Assembly: GCF_964204645.1 (NCBI RefSeq)
Contig: NC_134030.1
Location: 62,001 to 126,000 of the forward strand
DNA length: 64,000 bases
Direction of reading: 5' to 3'
DNA from: Tubulanus polymorphus
Lineage: Eukaryota > Animalia > Nemertea
The position numbers were made by a program, and so were the translations under genes. The notes under the pieces are model-generated. The model had not been told where the DNA came from. It saw nothing but the letters and a program-made list of their open reading frames with translations, and made no database searches. Numbering within the stretch: the stretch's first letter is position 1; the number at the start of each line of letters is the position of its first letter. Of this stretch, positions 13,671-24,895 are shown piece by piece.

Positions 13671-14626
13671 AGAAAGGAGTGATCTGATTGGATGATATCG
13701 TGAATATAGACTGTGATAAAACTAACTGTGATGAGCAGCGATCACGTCACGTCACGTCACGTGGTTAACGTTTGATTGTCTTTTTGTGTTGTTTCCGAAA
13801 GTGATTTATGTATTGTAACGTACAATGTTGATCCAGTGTAAAACAATGTAATTTTATGTAATCTAGAAAACGTTATATATAGAATTGAAATCTATTTATA
13901 GCTCATCAATTCATTCATTAATATGTAACTGAATTCTAATGAATTAATATATACCAGATCCATACCGCCGAAACTCAATTACTTTTTGAAAACATCTTGT
14001 ATAAATCTATATAGAAATGTAGTGTTGATAAAAATAAAACTTCACTGAAAACCGCTAATGAAATGTAGAGATATAACGCGCGGCCAGGACTCGATGATGA
14101 TGTTGACTTTTAACGTGTTTTTTGACTGTTGAAATGTTAATGAAGTTATGATTTTAAATCATTCTGTAACAGATTGTAATAAACTGTGAGTCACGTACAC
14201 CACGATCGAGTGACCTTGACATTGTATGTCCAACAGACGACACTAGTTTTGAATTTCTCTCCACATGTTCCACATATTCCACATATATTTCACCTATTCC
14301 ACTTGTCCACAGTAGTTTTTCATCTCGAAAAGAGAAACATTCACCAAAAATTAGAGGATCTCGTCATGGACGGAGTGAAACCAGCCACAGGATTGTAGGA
14401 TTGGAACCCGGATCATCCAAACGTCATCGCTAGTAATTGACTGTTTGTCGGTACTGTTGTGGTGACCAAAGCTTGGCAACTTAGTTATTGCTATTTTGTC
14501 AAAGGATTCGATTCGTTAACAAAATTGTTGAACACATTTTCTATTTGATTCTCATCATTTCGTTACAAAAACATAAGAAGGCAAAAATGTCAGGATGAAG
14601 CTGAACTGACCAAAACTGGCAATATC

Positions 14627-14810
14627 CCTAACCCTGATGCAGCCCTAACCCAGTTCCGTGGTAACCCTAACCCTAGCAGGACTCGAACCCGCGACCTCTG
14701 TGGTGCCAGCGAAGTACGCTAACCACTAGACTATAGACCAATGACGAGATATGAGATTTGAAAGTTAGTCTGGTCAGTGTGGTGATTGGTGACCGGTCAG
14801 GCGTGGCTGA
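14627..14810 (-). mobile_element. tRNA-derived SINE-like element with TTAGGG tail, copy 1
   Basis: Minus strand reads GGTCTATAGTCTAGTGGTTAGCG (A box)...GCGGGTTCGAGTCCTGC (B box/T arm) then TAGGGTTAGGGTTAC; homologous copy at 33836-34070. Confidence 0.7.
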
Positions 14811-14871
14811 TGTATTCTAGACTAGCTCACATCCTCCTGAGTCGAGGGTTCGAACCCTGTAGTACATATCC

Positions 14872-15311
14872 TCCTCCTCTGATCGCCCAGTGGATTCGAA
14901 CACTCCTCCACTGATCGCCCAGTGGATTCGAACACTCCTCCACTGATCGCCCAGTGGATTCGAACACTCCTCCTCTGATCGCCCAGTGGATTCGAACACT
15001 CCTCCTCTGATCGCCCAGTGGATTCGAACACTCCTCCACTGATCGCCCAGTGGATTCGAACACTCCTCCACTGATCGCCCAGTGGATTCGAACACTCCTC
15101 CACTGATCGCCCAGTGGATTCGAACACTCCTCCTCTGATCGCCCAGTGGATTCGAACACTCCTCCTCTGATCGCCCAGTGGATTCGAACACTCCTCCTCT
15201 GATCGCCCAGTGGATTCGAACACTCCTCCTCTGATCGCCCAGTGGATTCGAACACTCTTCCTCTGATCGCCCAGTGGATTCGAACACTCCTCCTCTGATC
15301 GCCCAGTGGAT
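14872..15311. repeat. 32-bp tandem repeat, about 14 copies
   Basis: CTGATCGCCCAGTGGATTCGAACACTCCTCCT; flanked on both sides by GGGTTCGAACCC. Confidence 0.95.
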
Positions 15312-15456
15312 TTGGGTTCGAACCCAGAGTCGTACAACAGTAAGAAGTCTCCTCAGTCACGTGACAAGTGCTCATTACTCAGATTCCTCATCAGACACTT
15401 TCAACTAACAACAAAACAAATTCTATAAAACTATTTACAATTCTGTTTATTTATTT

Positions 15457-18400
15457 CTAGAATATCGTTAATTTTTTATGATTGGAACGAATTGTTTTAT
15501 GTTGCTGTAGAGAATTTTCGGAATTTTTCAACTGCCGCAAATAAGTTTCTAATTCTTCTAATTTCATCTGTTTTTGATGCGTCACTTTCTTTTCTCCTCT
15601 GAAAAAACAACAGGAATCAAAATAAAGATCATATGAAATATGAATACAAGACTGATCAGTTCTACAAATTACACCGGGCACACAACTGTGGAACTGGGTT
15701 CAAATTCCACACACACCTGTGGAACTGGATCCAGTGTCATACCTACACAACTGTGGAACTGGGTCCAGAGTCAGATTAAACTCACACAACTGTGGAACTG
15801 GATCCAGTGTCATACCTACACAACTGTGGAACTGGGTCCAGAGTCAGATTAAACTCACACAACTGTGGATGGAACTGGTTTCAGAGTCAGATTAAACTCA
15901 CACAACTGTGGAACTGGGTTCAGAATTCTTACCTTTGTTTAGTTCGAATTATTGACTCTTTAACTTTCATTATCTCCTTCTCAACTTTTCGAATTTCTTC
16001 CTGAGTTTTAAATGCCTGAAAAAAACCAGATCAGTAAATTAGTTAGGTATGTTTGGAGATATCACAGAACTCAGCTGCCAGTGAAGGTTTCAGGTTTCAC
16101 AGAACTCAGCTGCCAGTGAAGGTTTCAGGTTTCACAGAACTCAGCTGCCAGTGAAGGTTTCAGGTTTCACAGAACTCAGCTGCCAGTGAAGGTTTCAGGT
16201 TTCACAGAACTCAGCTGCCAGTGAAGGTTTCAGGTTTCACAGAACTCAGCTGCCAGTGAAGGTTTCAGGTTTCACAGAACTCAGCTGCCAGTGAAGGTTT
16301 CAGGTTTCACAGAACTCAGCTGCCAGTGAAGGTTTCAGGTTTCACAGAACTCAGCTGCCAGTGAAGGTTTCAGTGATCTATACCTGTATATTTAAACTGT
16401 GATCAGATTTTTTAAGTAAATCTCTTTCAGTGATATGTTTGCTGCCTGCTCCTGCTCCTGCTCCTGCAGAGCTGCTCCTTCCAGCTGCCTCACCTCCTAC
16501 TCCTCCTCCTACACTCTGAACACTGCCACTAGCTGTTATCAATTCACGAATATCTCCTGAAATAGAATTAGATCTCCGTCACAGTTCATCCCCTGGGGTC
16601 TCCCTTGTCTTAAACATGGCCAGTTTTTACCCCTCCCCCTCCTCCAAATACTTATAAATCACCCCCAAACTGAATGCAATAAAAGAGAACTTACCCTTTT
16701 TACCGTGAAGTTTCTTATTTATGAAATCAAAAACCGATGTTTTATTTTCTGATTTCAGGTAAATTGCCAGATTTTTTTTGTCTTCAGTTTTTTTCATTTT
16801 CTCCTTGTTTTTCATCACATTAAACAATTCTTTATTTCCAGCTTTCTCTTTCAATTCCATTATTTTATCCAACGATTTTCCTTAAAGAAGAAAAAAGAAC
16901 AATTTTACAATAACATGTATTCAAAGAATTAACAAACAGTTACTAGGGGGCAGCACGTGTTGGGTACCTGCTGGTATTAGATGTATCGGTACCGGCTCCG
17001 CTCGACCTTCACCGTTTTTACCCAAACCTTGTCCAGTTATGTAACCCATTCTCTGCATCATCCTCGATCCAAATCCCTAAAAATACATCACAGATCAGAG
17101 AGGGGGAGGTTACAATGAGGGAATGATTGACAGAGGGAGGAGTTTACACTGAGTGATTGACAGTTACAGTGGAGAGGGAGGAGTTTACACTAAATGATTG
17201 ACAGTTACAGCAAAGGGGGAGAGGGAGGGGTTTACAGCGAGTATTTGACAGTTAGAGGGGTTTACAGGGGGTTTAGAGGGGTTTACTGAAGAGAGGGGAG
17301 GGGTTTACAGCGAATGATTGACAGTTACTGAAGAGAGGGGAGGGGTTTACAGCCAATGATTGACTGTTACTGAAGAGAGGGGAGGGGTTTACAGCGAATG
17401 ATTGACAGTTACTGAAGAGAGGGAAGGGGTTTACAGCGAATGATTGACAGTTACTGAAGAGAGGGGAGGGGTTTACAGCCAATGATGGACTGTTACTGAA
17501 GAGAGGGGAGGGGTTTACAGCCAATGATTGACAGTTACTGAAGAGAGGGGCGGGGTTTACAGTGAATGATTGACAGTTACTGAAGAGAGGGGAGGGGTTT
17601 ACAGCGAATGATTGACAGTTACTGAAGAGAGGGGCGGGGTTTACAGCGAATGATTGACAGTTACTGAAGAGAGGAGCGGGGTTTACAGTGAATGATTGAC
17701 AGTACCTGAAGAGAGGGAAGGGGTTTACGGTGAATGATTGACAGTTACTGAAGAGAGGGGCGGGGTTTACAGCGAATGATTGACAGTTACTGAAGAGAGG
17801 GGCGGGGTTTACAGTGAATGATTGACAGTACCTGAAGAGAGGGAAGGGGTTTACGGTGAATGATTGACAGTTACTGAAGAGAGGGGAGGGGTTTATTTAC
17901 TTTAGTATGCGCTTCCCAAGCTCCCATTCTATCCGTACATTTACTGGGTCGTATCGCATAAACTGATAAATCATCATCATCATTCTCATCATCATCACTG
18001 ACTTCATCATCTACAAATACATAAACAACAATGTCTGATAGCGTTAACTCCCTCCTCCCCCCTACTCTCTCCTCCCCCTCCTCCCCCGGGATGTTCAGTA
18101 CCTTGTGGATATATATGTGAATACTGTAACTCAGATGTTTCATTGTTGTATTTATCGTATGATACTGTTAATGTGTCGTTGTCATAGTTTCTATCAACTA
18201 TTGTTGCCTGGTACCAGATATTATCATCGTAACGAGCCAAACATGACGAACCAATATTACACTGACTGAAAATTCACATAACAATAATCATAATCATAAT
18301 CATAATAATAATAATAATCATAATAATAAACTGACGCGCTATAGACCTGCGTACCTGAAATCTGGTTCTTTAAATTCATCTAATTCTTCAACTGCAACTA

Positions 18401-21400
18401 CATAACCGTGTGAATATCTACAATACAATTCAACCTTGCGGTTAGTCACAGCAGGCACTGGTAAGTGAGTCTCAGTGTGGTTTAGTAAGAGCAGGCACTG
18501 GTAAGTGAGTCTCAGTGTGGTTTAACAGCAGGCACTGGTAAGTGAGTCTCAGTGTGGTTTAGTAAGAGCAGGCACTGGTAAGCGAGTCTCAGTGTGGTTT
18601 AACAGCAGGCACTGGTAAGCGAGTCTCAGTGTGGTTTAACAGCAGGCACTGGTAAGTGAGTCTCAGTGTGGTTTAGTAAGAGCAGGCACTGGTAAGTGAG
18701 TCTCAGTGTGGTTTAGTAAGAGCAGGCACTGGTAAGCGAGTCTCAGTGTGGTTTAGTAAGAGCAGGCACTGGTAAGTGAGTCTCAGTGTGGTTTAATACG
18801 AGCAGGCACTGGTAAGTGAGTCTCAGTGTGGTTTCACAGCAGGCACTGGTAAGCGAGTCTCAGTGTGGTATAACAGCAGGCACTGGTAAGTGAGTCTCAG
18901 TGTGGTTTAACAGCAGGCACTGGTAAGCGAGTCTCAGTGTGGTTTAATACTAGCAGGCACTGGTAAGTGAGTCTCAGTGTGGTTTCACAGCAGGCACTGG
19001 TAAGCGAGTCTCAGTGTGGTATAACAGCAGGCACTGGTAAGTGAGTCTCAGTGTGGTTTAACAGCAGGCACTGGTAAGCGAGTCTCAGTGTGGTTTAATA
19101 CGAGCAGGCACTGGTAAGTGAGTCTCAGTGTGGTTTAATACGAGCAGGCACTGGTAAGTGAGTCTCAGTGTGGTTTAGTAAGAGCAGGCACTGGTAAGTG
19201 AGTCTCAGTGTGGTTTAGTAAGAGCAGGCACTGGTAAGTGAGTCTCAGTGTGGTTTAATACGAGCAGGCACTGGTAAGTGAGTCTCAGTGTGGTTTCACA
19301 GCAGGCACTGGTAAGCGAGTCTCAGTGTGGTATAACAGCAGGCACTGGTAAGTGAGTCTCAGTGTGGTTTAACAGCAGGCACTGGTAAGCGAGTCTCAGT
19401 GTGGTTTAATACGAGCAGGCACTGGTAAGTGAGTCTCAGTGTGGTTTAATACGAGCAGGCACTGGTAAGTGAGTCTCAGTGTGGTTTAATAAGAGCAGGC
19501 ACTGGTAAGTGAGTCAGTATGGTTTAACAGCAGGCACTGGTAAGTGAGTCTCAGTGTGGTTTTATAACAGCAGGCACTGGTAAGTGAGTCAGTATGGTTT
19601 AACAGCAGGCACTGGTAAGTGAGTCTCAGTGTGGTTTAACAGCAGGCACTGGTAAGCGAGTCTCAGTGTGGTTTAACAGCAGGCACTGGTAAGTGAGTCT
19701 CAGTGTGGTTTAACAGCAGGCACTGGTAAGTGAGTCTCAGTGTGGTTTTATAAGAGCAGGCACTGGTAAGTGAGTCAGTATGGTTTAACAGCAGGCACTG
19801 GTAAGTGAGTCTCAGTGTGGTTTAGTAAGAGCAGGCACTGGTAAGTGAGTCTCAGTGTGGTTTAATACGAGCAGGCACTGGTAAGTGAGTCTCAGTGTGG
19901 TTTCACAGCAGGCACTGGTAAGTGAGTCTCAGTGTGGTATAACAGCAGGCACTGGTAAGCGAGTCTCAGTGTGGTATAACAGCAGGCACTGGTAAGTGAG
20001 TCTCAGTGTGGTTTAACAGCAGGCACTGGTAAGCGAGTCTCAGTGTGGTTTAATACGAGCAGGCACTGGTAAGTGAGTCTCAGTGTGGTTTAATACGAGC
20101 AGGCACTGGTAAGTGAGTCTCAGTGTGGTTTAATAAGAGCAGGCACTGGTAAGTGAGTCAGTATGGTTTAACAGCAGGCACTGGTAAGTGAGTCTCAGTG
20201 TGGTTTTATAACAGCAGGCACTGGTAAGTGAGTCAGTATGGTTTAACAGCAGGCACTGGTAAGTGAGTCTCAGTGTGGTTTAACAGCAGGCACTGGTAAG
20301 CGAGTCTCAGTGTGGTTTAACAGCAGGCACTGGTAAGTGAGTCTCAGTGTGGTTTAACAGCAGGCACTGGTAAGTGAGTCTCAGTGTGGTTTTATAAGAG
20401 CAGGCACTGGTAAGTGAGTCAGTATGGTTTAACAGCAGGCACTGGTAAGTGAGTCTCAGTGTGGTTTAATACGAGCAGGCACTGGTAAGTGAGTATCAGT
20501 GTGGTTTAATATGAGCAGGCACTGGTAAGCGAGTCTCAGTGTGGTTTTATAACAGCAGGCACTGGTAAGTGAGTCAGTATGGTTTAACAGCAGGCACTGG
20601 TAAGTGAGTCTCAGTGTGGTTTAATACGAGCAGGCACTGGTAAGCGAGTCTCAGTGTGCTTTAACAGCAGGCACTGGTAAGTGAGTCTCAGTGTGGTTTA
20701 ATAAGAGCAGGCACTGGTAAGTGAGTCTCAGTGTGGTTTAATAAGAGCAGGCACTGGTATGTGAGTCAGTATGGTTAAACAGCAGGCACTGGTAAGTGAG
20801 TCTCAGTATGGTTTAGTAAGAGCAGGCACTGGTAAGTGAGTCTCAGTGTGGTTTAATAAGAGCAGGCACTGGTATGTGAGTCAGTATGGTTTAACAGCAG
20901 GCACTGGTAAGTGAGTCTCAGTGTGGTTTAATACGAGCAGGCACTGGTAAGCGAGTCTCAGTGTGCTTTAACAGCAGGCACTGGTAAGTGAGTCTCAGTG
21001 TGGTTTAATAAGAGCAGGCACTGGTAAGTGAGTCTCAGTGTGGTTTAATAAGAGCAGGCACTGGTATGTGAGTCAGTATGGTTAAACAGCAGGCACTGGT
21101 AAGTGAGTCTCAGTATGGTTTAGTAAGAGCAGGCACTGGTAAGTGAGTCTCAGTGTGGTTTAATACGAGCAGGCACTGGTAAGTGAGTCTCAGTATGGTT
21201 TAACAGCAGGCACTGGTAAGTGAGTGAGGATATATTTTACCTGCAGTTATCAGTATTGAATTTACAGCAGCCGTTGAGAAAGAACGGACATGGAACCATC
21301 GACTGATGAGTTGGGTTACAGAATAATACGCGCACCTGAATATAATAATAACATTAATAATAACTAACTGTACATTGAGATGGGGATGAGGGGATGAGGG

Positions 21401-23624
21401 GGGAGGAGTGAGGGGATGAGGGGGGAGGAGTGAGGGGATGAGGGGAGGTGGTTAAATACTTACCATTAACTGAGTAGATAGTAAACTAGTGATTGGTTCA
21501 GCTGATAAAACAATAGCGTTATGATGTTGTATTGGAGCCCAGTCAGTTCTATAAACAACACGACATTTACTGCCTTCTAAATCAATCAACTGTTTCTTTA
21601 ACTCCTCTAATTTACTCTCATTCTTCTCGTCATCATCATCATCATCATCTGTCAATCCAGTTGACTGACAGCTAGTGGGTGTGGTCATCTCTTCAGCAGT
21701 TGTTTGCTGTTTATTAATTATGGAATATCAGTCAAATATTCATCAAACCAAATAATCATTTGAAATGGTTCAATAAACGCACCATAAATTCAACCATTTC
21801 TGAATCAATTGAGCCCTGATTGGAGCCATCCTTCTGGCCGTTAGAGTAGGAGCCATCCTTCTGGCTGGTAGAGTAGGAGCCATCCTGCTGACTGGTAGAG
21901 CAGGAGCCATCCTTATGAACAGTAGATGAGTTAGATGTGGAGGACTGGGAACTGGATGAGTATTGATGATTTGTAGTTGATTCTAATTCTTGAAGTAATT
22001 TACTTTTCTTCAGATTCAGTAAACTTTCTGAAATATGAATAGAATTCCTAATAATCAATATCCTAGTACCAGCAGCTACATTAGCAGCAGCAGCTACATT
22101 AGCAGCAGCGGCAGCAGGCACCAGCAGCAGCAGTGGCAGCAGCAGCAGTAGTTACACTCACCTTTAGTTAGTTGTATGAGTTGAATAAGTTGTGTTTTCA
22201 ATTGTTGAAGTTCATTATTTTCAGTTGATACAGAAACATCCAACGCTGCAGTCACCTGACCTAACTGTAACAAACAGAACACTATCAGTGATACCGCAGG
22301 AGGCCGGGAGGGGGCGCTGCGGTCACCTGACCTAACTGAAACAAACAGAACACTATCAGTGATACCGCAGGAGGCCGGGAGGGGGCGCTGCGGTCACCTG
22401 ACCTAACTGAAACAAACAGAACACTATCAGTGATACCGCAGGAGGCCGGGAGGGGGCGCTGCGGTCACCTGACCTAACTGAAACAAACAGAACACTATCA
22501 GTGATACCGCAGGAGGCCGGGAGGGGGCGCTGCGGTCACCTGATCTAACTGAAACAAACAGAACACTATCAGTGATACCGCAGGAGGCCGGGAGGGGGCG
22601 CTGCGGTCACCTGATCTAACTGTAACAAACAGAACACTATCAGTGATACCGCAGGAGGCCGGGAGGGGGCGCTGCGGTCACCTGATCTAACTGTAACAAA
22701 CAGAACACTATCAGTGATACCGCTGGAGGCCGGGAGGGGGCGCTGCGGTCACCTGATCTAACTGAAACAAACAGAACACTATCAGTGATACCGCAGGAGG
22801 CCGGGAGGGGGCGCTGCGGTCACCTAATCTAACTGTAACAAACAGAACACTATCAGTGATACCGCAGGAGGCCGGGAGGGGGCGCTGCGGTCACCTGATC
22901 TAACTGTAACAAACAGAACACTATCAGTGATACCGCAGGAGGCCGGGAGGGGGCGCTGCGGTCACCTGACCTAACTGAAACAAACAGAACACTATCAGTG
23001 ATACCGCAGGAGGCTGGGAGGGGGTGCTGCGGTCACCTGATCTAACTGAAACAAACAGAACACTATCAGTGATACCGCAGGAGGCCGGGAGGGGGCGCTG
23101 CGGTCACCTGATCTAACTGAAACAAACAGAACACTATCAGTGATACCGCAGGAGGCCGGGAGGGGGCGCTGCGGTCACCTGATCTAACTGTAACAAACAG
23201 AACACTATCAGTGATACCGCAGGAGGCCGGGAGGGGGCGCTGCGGTCACCTGATCTAACTGTAACAAACAGAACACTATCAGTGATACCGCTGGAGGCCG
23301 GGAGGGGGCGCTGCGGTCACCTGATCTAACTGTAACAAACAGAACACTCAGTGATACCGCTGGAGGCCGGGAGGGGGCGCTGCGGTCACCTGATCTAACT
23401 GAAACAAACAGAATACTATCAGTGATACCGCAGGAGGCCGGGAGGGGGCGCTGCGGTCACCTGACCTAACTGAAACAAACAGAACGCTATCAGTGATACC
23501 GCAGGAGGCTGGGAGGGGGCGCTGCGGTCACCTGATCTCTACCGCAGGAGGCCGAGCGGGGAGTTAAAATACAAACCTGCAACTGATATAGATCTATTGA
23601 TTCTTTCAACTCATCTTCATCCAT
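15457..23624 (-). CDS. ZGPAT: Zinc finger CCCH-type with G-patch domain protein; 13 exons: 23624-23577, 22264-22162, 22027-21783, 21706-21464, 21335-21241, 18417-18355, 18265-18102, 18010-17901, 17076-16968, 16880-16695, 16556-16384, 16015-15933, 15598-15457
   Basis: MDEDELKESIDLYQLQLGQV N-terminus; VRVLFCNPTHQSMVPCPFFLNGCCKFNTDNCRYSHG CCCH finger; Tudor-like CLARYDDNIWYQATI; G-patch WEAHTKGFGSRMMQRMGYITGQGLGKNGEGRAEPV; C-terminus KKLTIF*; GT-AG junctions in consistent phase. Confidence 0.93.
15680..15925. repeat. Dispersed TGTGGAACTGGGT minisatellite family; other patches at 26430-26750, 36018-36190 and 39340-39745
   Basis: Shared CTGTGGAACTGGGTYCAG core in both orientations. Confidence 0.8.
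16063..16373. repeat. 35-bp perfect tandem repeat, about 9 copies, in a ZGPAT intron
   Basis: CACAGAACTCAGCTGCCAGTGAAGGTTTCAGGTTT. Confidence 0.96.
17280..17895. repeat. 42-bp tandem repeat, about 15 copies, in ZGPAT intron 8
   Basis: GTTACTGAAGAGAGGGGAGGGGTTTACAGCGAATGATTGACA; period 42 (17324, 17366, 17408). Confidence 0.95.
18448..21226. repeat. 35-40-bp minisatellite, about 70 copies, filling ZGPAT intron 5
   Basis: AGCAGGCACTGGTAAGTGAGTCTCAGTGTGGTTTAAC with variable tail. Confidence 0.97.
22250..23540 (-). repeat. 71-bp tandem repeat, about 18 copies, containing the ZGPAT exon-2 acceptor and exon start
   Basis: Sense unit ...GTGTTCTGTTTGTTWCAG|TTAGRTCAGGTGACCGCAGCG CCCCCTCCCGGCC... 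Confidence 0.95.
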
Positions 23625-23652
23625 TATTAAAACAACTCAACACTAAACAGTG

Positions 23653-23717
<65 letters not shown>

Positions 23718-24895
23718 TTGTACTCAGCTACACCTGCCGCGATGATTGGTTTGGTAACTACCGCTGACGCTGTGTTTTGAATAGGCCTGCAGATTGATAA
23801 CGGACGGTGCCACCTCTGGCCTGCCTGGTCCCCTGTGTCGTGCTAGGGCTGCTGATAGATCCCCGTCCTATGTGCCGTGCTAAAGGCTGCTGATAGTATC
23901 ACTAGATCCCTTTGTATCCTCAACTACAACCAGTGTAGCGGGTATCAGCTGTCAAAATCACGAAAATGTATTTAATTGAATTGAATTGTTAAAATTCGAT
24001 AAATCGTTTATGCGCAGATGTATAAATTACCCGATTCAATTTAATGAAAATATATTCATTTTATTGCTACAAAATACCGGCAGATGTATTTTAGGTGTAG
24101 GTATTATGTGCGTAAATCCCCTTCAATTCGGCCTATATATCACTAAAAAGGATCTGCATAGCATTGGATCATTTAAAACTAATCGGATTTATCACCGAGT
24201 TTTACTCAATAACCGCGGCGCGAGATCCAAGACGGCCGAGCCGCGCCGACTTTCTCTACAATAAAGATGAGAAAATAAGAAAAATGTTAACACCACATGA
24301 TAAGCAGGATTATGTAAACTGACTGAGCCCTCGGCCGCGCCGGCCGGGCCACTAGTCCTTCAAGGTTTAGACTTAAAATCAGTTTAAAGACCAACTATAG
24401 CCAATCTAACAACTTAACACCAGTCTTAAGATTTAATACCACTTCTGAATGCAGTAATTAATGAATAAATGATAATTGATTATAATCGCAAATTTTAGCC
24501 GCTTGTCGGGTCTTGACCGTCAAGTGCTGCCCCTATATTCATCATTGGCGGTGAACATATGAGCTAACACGACGGCAGGATATTCTTACCGCGGCGCGTG
24601 AGTAATAAGTTAGTTCACACGTTTACCGTCAACGATATGAGGGGCCGCACTAGACGGTTCGGGTTTCACACAGCGCGATATTCCTACTGTGGCATGCGAA
24701 TAAAACAACACCAAATGAAATATATGATTTAATCGAAATATTTGCGATTTTTTTCGCACGAAATACACTATATACGAGGCGCTATAATTATATACGTGAG
24801 AAGTTTTATTTCTGGAACCAGTCCGAAACCGGTTCCGATCCGTATAGATATATTATTACCGCCGCGTTGAAAGAACTTTGTTTTATTTTTCTGAA
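23625..24895. promoter_or_regulatory. Probable bidirectional promoter and 5'UTRs of ZGPAT and GTF2H4; includes about (CAG)21 at 23654-23716
   Basis: Divergent start codons 1.27 kb apart; CpG-enriched (CCGCGG, CGCG) compared with flanking introns. Confidence 0.6.

Noticed and set aside
14627-14740. Functional tRNA gene or telomerase RNA template (CTAACCCTAAC)
   Set aside because: Acceptor and anticodon stems do not pair, a diverged second copy exists, and the Pol III boxes point towards the G-rich strand rather than the template strand
14872-21226. CRISPR-like appearance of 32-40-bp repeats
   Set aside because: Head-to-tail copies with no unique spacers, no cas genes, and a spliced eukaryotic context
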